Assembly (NCBI GenBank): GCA_025340205.1
Contig: CP006868.1
Coordinates: 990,001-1,022,000, forward strand
Direction of reading: 5' to 3'
Origin: Ignicoccus pacificus DSM 13166
GTDB lineage: Archaea > Thermoproteota > Thermoprotei_A > Sulfolobales > Ignicoccaceae
DNA length: 32,000 nt
The translations under genes and the position numbers were made by a program. The notes beneath the pieces were generated by a model. It saw nothing but the letters and a program-made list of their open reading frames with translations, was not told where the DNA came from and searched no databases. Numbering within the stretch: position 1 is the stretch's first letter; every line of letters starts with the position of its first letter. Positions 16,190 through 23,352 of the stretch are shown here, piece by piece.

Positions 16190-16402
16190 TCACCTATATT
16201 CCTTACTTAAAGAATAGCACCCCTCTCCCTTTACCAATATACCCTTTTGGATGAGGCTTTCGAGGACCCTTGTAGGCCTCTCTATCCCCTTCATCCTCAA
16301 GTCTCTTAATATTATCAAGTCCCCTACGGACTTGTATGTTAAGAAGTACTTTACTACAATCTTCTCTTCAGGGGTCAGCTTATTCCAAGGTATCTGCTTC
16401 AT
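16190..16402 (-). CDS. Small winged-helix protein (about 70 aa)
   Basis: MKQIPWNKLTPEEKIVVKYF......DLRMKGIERPTRVLESLIQKGILVKGEGCYSL is wHTH-like. The ATG at 16402 is preceded by GGAGGGGT and by a TTTAATTT box at 16438-16450. The listed GTG at 16417 is less likely. Confidence 0.5.
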   Translation of the reverse strand: MKQIPWNKLTPEEKIVVKYFLTYKSVGDLIILRDLRMKGIERPTRVLESLIQKGILVKGEGCYSLSKEYR

Positions 16403-16558
16403 ACCCCTCCACCCCACGAGGCCTCTAGGGAGCTCGGATGAAATTAAACCGATGAGGAGATGGCCCGGGTCGTGAGGGATGAACTAAACCTTTGGCCCCC
16501 CTATCCGAGGTCGGTTGCAGGTGAGGTCCGCTCACCCTTTCGCCCGGCCTAGCGGTCC

Positions 16559-17077
16559 TCATCCCTTCGCTATCTTCAGTATCTCTGGCATCCTCTTTAT
16601 TAGGTCTGGGAACTCCCTCCAAGTCTTCACGCTTACTACGTTTCCGTCAATAACTACCGGCTCATCGACTACCTCCGCTCCGGCGTTTCTCAAGTCGTCC
16701 CATATTCCCTGAGATCCCGTGATCCTCCTCCCTTTCGCTACCCCAGCGCTGATGAGTACCCAACCTCCATGGCAGATACTTAAGACAAGCTTGCCCTTCT
16801 CAACCATTTCCTTTACGAACCTCTTCACGTTAGGATCTCTCCTGACCTTATCTGGAGCGTAGCCTCCGGCGATTATCACCGCATCGTAATCATCGGAGCT
16901 GAGCTCGGAGAACTTCTTATTGGGAACGAGCTCTAACTTCACCCCTCTTTTTCCAACTACTGGTTCCTTTTCGAAGGAGGCTATGTCTACTTCAAAATCG
17001 TGCGCCTTGAATAAGGAGTAAGGAACTATTACCTCGTATTCATCAACCATTGGACCAACTAAGATAACGGCCTTCAA
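16559..17077 (-). CDS. pfpI: DJ-1/PfpI family intracellular protease/deglycase
   Basis: 172 aa. Motifs: nucleophile elbow LSICHGGWVLISAG, DAVIIAGGYAP, VVIDGNVVS. TTG start. Confidence 0.88.
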   Translation of the reverse strand: MKAVILVGPMVDEYEVIVPYSLFKAHDFEVDIASFEKEPVVGKRGVKLELVPNKKFSELSSDDYDAVIIAGGYAPDKVRRDPNVKRFVKEMVEKGKLVLSICHGGWVLISAGVAKGRRITGSQGIWDDLRNAGAEVVDEPVVIDGNVVSVKTWREFPDLIKRMPEILKIAKG

Positions 17078-17151
17078 GCGCTCACCCTCGTAAGTCTTGA
17101 GGCGTAGTTATTGAGATGAGAGCTTAAGACTACGTCCTTTGGAACGATGGT

Positions 17152-17212
17152 AAGGGTATGAGGACGCTCGGAAGGGGAGAACAGATGATCGCGAACCCGG
17201 ACCCGACCCCTT
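17152..17212 (+). ncRNA. Weaker third member of the box C/D-like element family
   Basis: AAGGG-U-AUGAGGA (17158-17164) ... CCGA (17203-17206)-CCCCTT. The C-to-D distance is 38 nt, the same as at 4469-4530. The internal D'/C' boxes are poor (GAGA; CAGAUGA/GAUGAUC). Confidence 0.25.
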
Positions 17213-17225
17213 GAGGTGAGAAAAC

Positions 17226-17492
17226 ATGTGGTCCAGAAGGGAAATGGATGCCTTGGTTCAAGCTACTGACAAGGCCCTTAGGAGCTTGAGGAGCAGGATA
17301 GGTAACTACAAGTTAGAGAAGCTCAAGGTGCATAGGAGCGAGCTACGCCTTATAGTCATCGTATGGAACGCATACGAAAAGAGAAGGGTCGTGGTGAAAT
17401 ACGATGGGAGCAACGTCTGGGTGGAGGCTCCAAAACACATAGCTATGCCTCTGAAAAACAAGATCATTTACTTTCTTCAATCGCAGCGCTAA
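17226..17492 (+). CDS. Hypothetical protein (88 aa)
   Basis: ATG-initiated ORF with protein-like composition. No family recognised. Confidence 0.4.
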   Translation: MWSRREMDALVQATDKALRSLRSRIGNYKLEKLKVHRSELRLIVIVWNAYEKRRVVVKYDGSNVWVEAPKHIAMPLKNKIIYFLQSQR

Positions 17493-17826
17493 GGATCATT
17501 ATCATCGAAGCTACGAAAGCTATGTCATAGAAGACAGATATATAGAATCTGTACATAAAATTGATCGCCACTAAAACTAGGCCTAATAAAACGTATGCTT
17601 TGATTGTACCCGCTTCTTTCATCAAAAAGGATCCGAGCGCTCCCATTATAGTGTAATAAAAAGCCCTGGAAAATACCGCTCCAAAGAACCCTCTCCAAGC
17701 ATAGGGTGTCCCCCAATAAGCTATCAAGAAGTACGTTCCTACACCAAAGCCTATTGGTAGGGAAACCAGAAACGGTATGAACAAGCGCTCCAATCCCCTG
17801 AGTGGGACTTCAGATGACTGCTCCAT
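17464..17826 (-). CDS. Hypothetical integral membrane protein (120 aa, about 4 TM segments)
   Basis: ATG start and four hydrophobic stretches. Its 3' end overlaps the 88-aa ORF by 29 nt. Confidence 0.5.
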   Translation of the reverse strand: MEQSSEVPLRGLERLFIPFLVSLPIGFGVGTYFLIAYWGTPYAWRGFFGAVFSRAFYYTIMGALGSFLMKEAGTIKAYVLLGLVLVAINFMYRFYISVFYDIAFVASMIMILSAAIEESK

Positions 17827-18833
17827 CGCCGATGCCCTTGCTAAGCTTCGCGATAGCGTTAATGACCTCCTACCTAGTTACGAAAAAGTGGATAGAAATA
17901 GCTCGACGAAGAGGGCTAGTAGGAAAGGACATGAACAAGGAGGGCGACATCAAAGTAGCGGAAGCGGGAGGAATAGGTTTCATAATGGGCTTGGCCATGG
18001 GATTGTTATTTATGGTAGCCGTAAATGCATTCGTCTACGATAACATGAGCAGTATAGTTTACTTACTCGCCTCCTTGTCTGTTGCACTAATGGCTGCCTT
18101 CGTTGGCTTTGTTGACGACGTCTTGGGATGGAAGAAGGGCTTGTCTCATAGGGCAAAGGTGATATCTACCTTACCTATAGCGGTACCGTTAATGGCGGTT
18201 AAGGCCGGAGTCTCAAGGATGAAGATACCCTTCATAGGCTCTATCGATCTTGGAATAGCCTATCCCCTAGTGGTCGTCCCAGTAGGCGTGGTGGGCGCAG
18301 CTAACGCCTTCAACATGATAGCTGGCCTCAACGGCCTTGAAGCGTCGATGTCACTCATAATAAACGGCACCTTAGCGGTGATAGCTCTCACCCACAAGGC
18401 GTGGATATCCTTCGCTGTAGCCATGTCCGTCCTCGGGGCAACGCTCGGATTCTGGATATGGAACAAGTACCCGGCGAAGGTCTTTCCGGGCGACGTGTTC
18501 ACCTATACTAGTGGAGCTTTGATAGCCACGATAGCTATCTTAGGGAACATGGAAGGTCCAGCCTTAATGCTCTTCATTCCATACTTCATTGAGTTGATGC
18601 TATATATCAGGGGTAAGCTAAACGGAGTCGAGAAGGAATCTTGGGGGGTTCCAAGAGGAGGATGCTTGGAACCTCCCTATGACAAATGCTATAGCGTAAC
18701 TCACGTGGCTATGAAGATACTAAAGAAGGTTAAGGGATGTGCTACGGAAAAAGAGGTAGTATTACTCATCAATGCCTTCGAAGCAGTGCTAGCGATAATA
18801 GTACTGTACCTTTACGTCTTTAGAGGTTGGTGA
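17802..18833 (+). CDS. Glycosyltransferase family 4, dolichyl/undecaprenyl-phosphate HexNAc-1-phosphate transferase (AglH/WecA/MraY-like)
   Basis: Polytopic, with motifs VDDVLGWKKGL and NAFNMIAGLNGLE. Alternative in-frame ATG starts at 17814 and 17832 would remove the head-on overlap with the upstream gene. Confidence 0.85.
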   Translation: MGLQMTAPSPMPLLSFAIALMTSYLVTKKWIEIARRRGLVGKDMNKEGDIKVAEAGGIGFIMGLAMGLLFMVAVNAFVYDNMSSIVYLLASLSVALMAAFVGFVDDVLGWKKGLSHRAKVISTLPIAVPLMAVKAGVSRMKIPFIGSIDLGIAYPLVVVPVGVVGAANAFNMIAGLNGLEASMSLIINGTLAVIALTHKAWISFAVAMSVLGATLGFWIWNKYPAKVFPGDVFTYTSGALIATIAILGNMEGPALMLFIPYFIELMLYIRGKLNGVEKESWGVPRGGCLEPPYDKCYSVTHVAMKILKKVKGCATEKEVVLLINAFEAVLAIIVLYLYVFRGW

Positions 18834-18872
18834 GCGTTAACCAATAATCCCTCTTCCCTTCCCCCGAGGGGG

Positions 18873-19523
18873 ATGAAGCTGTCTCTCCGCGATCACTTAG
18901 TCAGCGGCAAGCCGATAATGATATTCGACTCACCTTCCAGAGAGGGGGAGGTAGACCTTGTGTTCTACGCAGGTGCAATAACCAAGTCCTCGATATATAC
19001 CTTGAGGACTATGGCTGGAGGTTTGATCTGTTTCGCTACAAGCTTGGAAATCGGAAACAAGTTAGGCTTGAAGTTGGCATATGAATACTTCCGAGAAATC
19101 GGTCTAGGAGAACTCGTCAAGAAGCCCTCTTATGGCGACTACCCAGCTTTCTCTATATGGGTTAATCACAAGTCCGTGAAGACGGGGATAAGCGATGAGG
19201 ATAGGGCAAGAACCATAAAGGCGCTTTATGAGGTCGTTTTACTTGCGATGAAAAACGAGGAAGAGGCTAGGGGAACGTTCCTAGACGAGTTCCAAGCGCC
19301 AGGTCACGTTCCAATATTATTGGCAAAGAGAATAGAAGAGAGAAGGGGTCACACGGAGTTGAGCGTTAGGTTAATGGAAAGGTTAGGCCTTCCGCCAACA
19401 GCAGTGTTCGCCGAGATGTTGGACTATGGGAGATCTATGTCGCTTGAAAAGGCCAAGGAAATAGCGTCCACATTGGGCATCCCCCTCCTCTCCGGAGATG
19501 AAATCCTCAAGCTTTTCTTGTAG
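18873..19523 (+). CDS. ribB: 3,4-dihydroxy-2-butanone 4-phosphate synthase (archaeal type)
   Basis: Motifs: FDSPSREGEVDLVF, AGGLIC, GISDEDRA.TIK, FQAPGHVPIL, RRGHTELSV. It looks collinear with the M. jannaschii enzyme as I recall it. Confidence 0.88.
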   Translation: MKLSLRDHLVSGKPIMIFDSPSREGEVDLVFYAGAITKSSIYTLRTMAGGLICFATSLEIGNKLGLKLAYEYFREIGLGELVKKPSYGDYPAFSIWVNHKSVKTGISDEDRARTIKALYEVVLLAMKNEEEARGTFLDEFQAPGHVPILLAKRIEERRGHTELSVRLMERLGLPPTAVFAEMLDYGRSMSLEKAKEIASTLGIPLLSGDEILKLFL

Positions 19524-20076
19524 TGTTGAGAATAAGTTTAAAGCTAACTCTACTCTTACTTACCCGGGAACGCTCTTGAGGAGCGCTAGAAAAGGAACAA
19601 TAGAGCTCTACGCCATAGCTGCACTGGGCCTCTTCCTCCTCCTCGCCGCCGCTTACTACTTCTTCTTCATGCCTCACCAGATGAGTCCAGTGCAGAAGGC
19701 AAAGGCCTACAAGGGACTCACCGTCCAGCTCAGGCCGATAAAGACTAAGGTCTGCGTTGGTAACGAGGGCATATTCGAGCTAAGCATAGTCAACCCATTG
19801 CAGAATCCCAAGGCTTACGTACAGCTTGTGATAATGGCTCCTCCCGGAGTTACCGTCTACGCTGGCCAAGGCGTCAAAGGCGGCTCTGGCCTAGTAACTA
19901 CAAGCTTGGTCGTAGATCCCGGCGATGTAGCAACCTTAAGGATAAGGATAATCGCAGTGGAGCCAGGGAAGAAGATAGTGAGTGGCACCGTTTACTACTG
20001 GTTCGAAGGAGAAAGCAAGCAAGATGCCAGAAAGATAGCTCTAGACTTCCCAGTGGAGTTCGTTAACTGCAAGTAA
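19498..20076 (+). CDS. Membrane-anchored beta-rich hypothetical protein
   Basis: A single TM helix (IELYAIAALGLFLLLAAAYYFFF) is followed by a beta-sandwich-like domain. The listed ATG overlaps ribB by 26 nt; an in-frame TTG at 19576 is an alternative start. Confidence 0.55.
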   Translation: MKSSSFSCSVENKFKANSTLTYPGTLLRSARKGTIELYAIAALGLFLLLAAAYYFFFMPHQMSPVQKAKAYKGLTVQLRPIKTKVCVGNEGIFELSIVNPLQNPKAYVQLVIMAPPGVTVYAGQGVKGGSGLVTTSLVVDPGDVATLRIRIIAVEPGKKIVSGTVYYWFEGESKQDARKIALDFPVEFVNCK

Positions 20077-20078
20077 CC

Positions 20079-20084
20079 TTTTTT
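20079..20084 (+). terminator. Oligo-T terminator signal
   Basis: TTTTTT begins 3 nt after the TAA stop at 20074-20076. Confidence 0.35.
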
Positions 20085-20129
20085 CAACCAATACGTTTTC
20101 ATATCCTGAGGGATTCCCCTCCCACGGGA

Positions 20130-20549
20130 GTGGAAGAGATGAGGATTGTGGAGCTTTTGAGGGTAGACAGTAAAGGTAGGGTCACCATCCCTAGGACCGT
20201 CCGTGATGCATTGAACATAGTGGAGGGAGGGTATGTAATAATGATAGCCGACTTAAACAAGAACGAGATAGTGCTGACGCCGACTGGAGGAGGTAGTGGG
20301 AGGCTTCTGGACGTGAGAGTGGTCTTCCAGGACGTAAAGGGTAAGTTAGCTGAGATTAGCGAGAAGTTAGCAGAGCTAGGAGTGGACCAGATTTCCACTA
20401 GCTGTAGGACCATAAAGAAGGGTGGAGAAGCGGAGTGTATCTTCGTGATAGAGGTGCCGGAGAATATAAACAAAGAGGATCTCGAAAAGGTATTGAGCGA
20501 GCTTGAAGGAGTTAAGGAGGTCACAATAACGTCAATACCTAGCCACTAA
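20130..20549 (+). CDS. AbrB/SpoVT-domain DNA-binding protein fused to an ACT-like ligand-binding domain
   Basis: The N-terminus LLRVDSKGRVTIPRTVRDAL is a swapped-hairpin AbrB motif. The C-terminal VRVVFQDVKGKLAEISEKLAELGVDQ......ECIFVIEVP resembles the ACT fold pattern. Start is GTG 20130 or ATG 20139. Confidence 0.7.
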   Translation: MEEMRIVELLRVDSKGRVTIPRTVRDALNIVEGGYVIMIADLNKNEIVLTPTGGGSGRLLDVRVVFQDVKGKLAEISEKLAELGVDQISTSCRTIKKGGEAECIFVIEVPENINKEDLEKVLSELEGVKEVTITSIPSH

Positions 20550-20579
20550 ATTCTCCACGCCTCTCTTTCCCAAAGGTCA

Positions 20580-21275
20580 GTGAAGTTGTGTGAGAGGGCC
20601 GAAAGGTACCTTAGGGGTCTAAAGGAGGTTCTGGATGAGATAGAGTACGATGAAAAGGCGAGGAAGGTCGTGGAACTGGCGAGACTATACGTTGAGGACA
20701 CAATATATTACATTAACAAAGGAGATTGCGAAACCGCCTTGGTAACCGCCTCTTATGCTGAGGGATTGTTGGACGCCCTCAGGATGCTCGGCTTAGCTAG
20801 GTTCTCATGGCCCAAGAGGGAGCAGAAGAGGGTAGTTGTAGGAGGCACCTTCGACTTACTCCACCCAGGTCACGTGGAACTATTTAAGGAAGCCTCTAAG
20901 TACGGAGACGTTATAGCGATAGTGGCTAGGGACGAGACGGTCAAGAGACTTCGCGGAAGGGATCCGGTACTCCCTCAAGAACAGAGGAGATACATGGTCT
21001 CTTCAATAAAGTACGTTAAGGAAGCGATAATTGGAGGGAAAGACCCCATAGAAACGGTAGCTAAGCTCAAGCCTGACTACGTCTTCTTAGGACCCGACCA
21101 GAACTGGGACGAGGAGGAGTTGGAGAGGGCTCTCAGAGAAAGGGGTCTGAACGTTAAGGTAATCAGGATGAAAGGGAAGAAGTGTATTGAAAATGGAGTG
21201 TGCTCTTCGTCAAAGATCATAGAGAGGGTATTGGAGCTCTTCTGCAGAAGAGGGAGAAGGGGTGGCCGGGAGTGA
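20580..21275 (+). CDS. ribL: FAD synthetase (FMN adenylyltransferase, RibL) with an N-terminal DUF357-like helical domain
   Basis: The core VVVGGTFDLLHPGHVELFKEA...AIVARDETVKRLRGRDPVLPQEQRR...LGPDQ matches archaeal RibL. The first 75 aa or so form a separate helical module. GTG start. Confidence 0.8.
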   Translation: MKLCERAERYLRGLKEVLDEIEYDEKARKVVELARLYVEDTIYYINKGDCETALVTASYAEGLLDALRMLGLARFSWPKREQKRVVVGGTFDLLHPGHVELFKEASKYGDVIAIVARDETVKRLRGRDPVLPQEQRRYMVSSIKYVKEAIIGGKDPIETVAKLKPDYVFLGPDQNWDEEELERALRERGLNVKVIRMKGKKCIENGVCSSSKIIERVLELFCRRGRRGGRE

Positions 21276-21350
21276 CCCGCCCCGCGCTCATCGGACCCCG
21301 ACGACACGGGGCAACTAAAGCGCGGGACCGGGGTTCGCATGTACCCCTTC

Positions 21351-21367
21351 GTTGAACAAATTAAAAA
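21351..21367 (-). terminator. Oligo-T terminator signal for the 139-aa gene
   Basis: On the minus strand, the TAA stop is followed directly by TTTTTAATTTGTT. Confidence 0.35.
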
Positions 21368-21787
21368 TTACCATCCCAGCAGTCCGCCTATGTCGGCGCT
21401 CTCCTCTGCTTCAGTAGCACACTGGATCGCTAAGGCGCCTATCTTATCAGCGAGCCAAGACCTAATGTAATCTGCCTTCTTCTCCTCGACCACGTAGAGA
21501 TCGCTAAGCTGAGACTCACCGCACCTTCCAGCGAACCTGGCCTCTATCATGCCCTTTCCTCTCTTACCGAAGGTAACCTCTACCTTCATCTCGTAGGTTC
21601 CGGGCTTCACCTTTCTCTTTTCTCCCCCAGCGCTTATCTCGCCCTCACCTACTTCGAACTTTATGATCATGCTTAGGGATCCCTCTCCCTCCTCCACTTG
21701 TACTTCTACGTTCTTCAGTATGTTCTCACCAAAGACGGAGGTGAGACCCTTCTTGGCTTGCTTCTCAGCAGACCTAGCGCTTATCAT
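21368..21787 (-). CDS. Hypothetical protein (139 aa) with a charged beta-hairpin-rich core, ending ...ADIGGLLGW
   Basis: I use the internal ATG at 21787. The upstream 93 codons of the listed 232-aa ORF are Ser/Pro/Arg-rich and run antisense into folE, so I treat them as non-coding. Confidence 0.55.
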   Translation of the reverse strand: MISARSAEKQAKKGLTSVFGENILKNVEVQVEEGEGSLSMIIKFEVGEGEISAGGEKRKVKPGTYEMKVEVTFGKRGKGMIEARFAGRCGESQLSDLYVVEEKKADYIRSWLADKIGALAIQCATEAEESADIGGLLGW

Positions 21788-21980
21788 GCTATACCGCCTC
21801 GGGCACCAAGATTCAAGAGGGCTTAAATGAGAAGCGGCTTGAAGCTCATGAGATTTCCGATGAGGAGTGGGTGAGCTGGAGCGACGTGATGAGCTCAGAG
21901 GGTGACACCGAGGGGCACGTGAAAAATCCCCCGTAGATCGCTTCCCATGGTGAGGGGATACGGAAGATCTCGAGAGGCTG

Positions 21981-22514
21981 GTGAAGGAGATACTGAAAGA
22001 GATGGGGGAGGACCCGGAGAGGCCGGGATTAAAGGAGACGCCGAGAAGATACGTCAACGCGTTCAAGGAGCTGCTCAGAGGACTCCAAGAACCGGAACCG
22101 GAACTGAAGACCTTTCACTCGGAGTATGAGCTCGGTGACAAGGACCTAATAGTGGTGAAGAACATATCCTTTAGTTCCCTTTGCGAACATCACTTGCTCC
22201 CGATAATGGGAAGAGTAACGGTAGTCTATCATCCTAAGAGAAATGAGGTAATAGGCTTAAGCAAAATACCCAGAATAGTCAAGTGGTTAGCCAAGAGACC
22301 CCTTCTCCAAGAAAGGTTTACAGCTCAAGTGGCTGATAAGATAATGAGTGCCGGAGCCAGGGGAGTCTACGTGCTCGTGAGGGCTAGACATAGCTGCGTG
22401 GCCGTCAGAGGAGTGGAAGATCCAGATGTGGAGATGGTAACGGAAGCCGTCAGAGGAACCATCGCGGAGGACGAAATGTTACTAAATAGGGCCAGAAGGC
22501 TCGCTATGGATTGA
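21981..22514 (+). CDS. folE: GTP cyclohydrolase I (FolE type)
   Basis: Motifs: GEDPERPGLKETPRR, SLCEHHLLP, GLSKIPRIV, RPLLQERFT, HSCVAVRGV. GTG is the only start after the in-frame TGA at 21951. Confidence 0.85.
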   Translation: MKEILKEMGEDPERPGLKETPRRYVNAFKELLRGLQEPEPELKTFHSEYELGDKDLIVVKNISFSSLCEHHLLPIMGRVTVVYHPKRNEVIGLSKIPRIVKWLAKRPLLQERFTAQVADKIMSAGARGVYVLVRARHSCVAVRGVEDPDVEMVTEAVRGTIAEDEMLLNRARRLAMD

Positions 22515-23350
22515 GGATGAACGTCAACTACAAGTTCAGAGGATTCCCTGTAATAAACAGACCTTGGTTAGAGCAACTCCTCAAAGGGAAGAAATCAATA
22601 AATGAGAACGGAATAATTTTAACTATCGAGATTATGGATAGAGAGGTTAAGCTAGGCCCCCTCGTCACAAGCCTTTCCGAATTAAGAAAAGCGATGGAAT
22701 TTATGGGTACCGAGATGTATGCTGTGACGGAGAAGGGTCTCGTTCCCTTGGAGATAAGGGGAGAGCACTTCTACAGGCTCAGAGGCTTGGAGAAGGTAGG
22801 TCCGCCTACGATAGAGATAAACGGAATCCACATGCATAGAGTAAGTAAGGTCGATCCTTGGAGCGACACTTTGAGTAAAGTGAGACCCTTGAACATAAGG
22901 AAAGGTGATAGAGTGTTAGATACATGTATGGGATTGGGGTATACAGCAATAGCCTCGCTCAAGAGGGGTGCCAAGGTAATAACAGTCGAGAAGAGCGATG
23001 AGGTTCTCTGGTTGGCTCAGTGGAACCCTTGGTCGAGGGAACTCGAGGAGGTAGAGGTACTGAAGGGGGACGTAGCTGAGCTGATCAAGGACATGGAAGA
23101 TGAGAGCTTCGACAAGATAATTCATGACCCCCCAGTAATAACCATGGCCGGACACTTGTATTCCAAGGAATTTTACGAAGAGCTGTACCGTGTGCTAAAG
23201 GTTGGCGGCAAGCTCTTCCATTATACGGGTAATACTGGAAGGAGAAGGGGAATCGACCTAGCTAGGGGAGTCATGGAGAGGTTGAGGGAGGTGGGTTTCG
23301 AGGTTAAGAGGTACGAAAAGGCCCTAGGAGTCTTGGCAATAAAGGGATAG
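22511..23350 (+). CDS. Class I SAM-dependent methyltransferase (archaeal COG2521-like)
   Basis: Motif I is VLDTCMGLGY and motif IV is IIHDPP. Start is TTG 22511 (4-nt overlap with the folE stop) or ATG 22517. Confidence 0.72.
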   Translation: MRMNVNYKFRGFPVINRPWLEQLLKGKKSINENGIILTIEIMDREVKLGPLVTSLSELRKAMEFMGTEMYAVTEKGLVPLEIRGEHFYRLRGLEKVGPPTIEINGIHMHRVSKVDPWSDTLSKVRPLNIRKGDRVLDTCMGLGYTAIASLKRGAKVITVEKSDEVLWLAQWNPWSRELEEVEVLKGDVAELIKDMEDESFDKIIHDPPVITMAGHLYSKEFYEELYRVLKVGGKLFHYTGNTGRRRGIDLARGVMERLREVGFEVKRYEKALGVLAIKG

Positions 23351-23352
23351 GG

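Noticed and set aside
21281-21329. H/ACA guide RNA interpretation of the nested hairpin
   Set aside because: The geometry is tempting: an 8-bp lower stem, 7+7-nt pocket loops, and 15 nt from the upper stem to the trailing trinucleotide. But that trinucleotide is ACC, not ACA. The upper stem is only 5 bp with a 6-nt loop, too small for the K-turn or K-loop that L7Ae needs.
21077-21340. 87-aa minus-strand ORF across the ribL 3' end and the hairpin region
   Set aside because: It is mostly antisense to ribL, with low-complexity composition. Its unique part is the GC-rich structured spacer.
21860-21922. Box C/D-like string AUGAGGA - 12 nt - GAGC - GAC - GUGAUGA (a perfect C' box) upstream of folE
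   Set aside because: After the perfect GUGAUGA, the nearest GUGA boxes are 9 and 26 nt away rather than 12. There is no CUGA and no GGG/CCC terminal clamp.
21788-22066. N-terminal 93 codons of the listed 232-aa minus-strand ORF
   Set aside because: The composition is Ser/Pro/Arg-rich and low-complexity, and it runs antisense through the folE start. An internal ATG at 21787 gives a sensible 139-aa protein.
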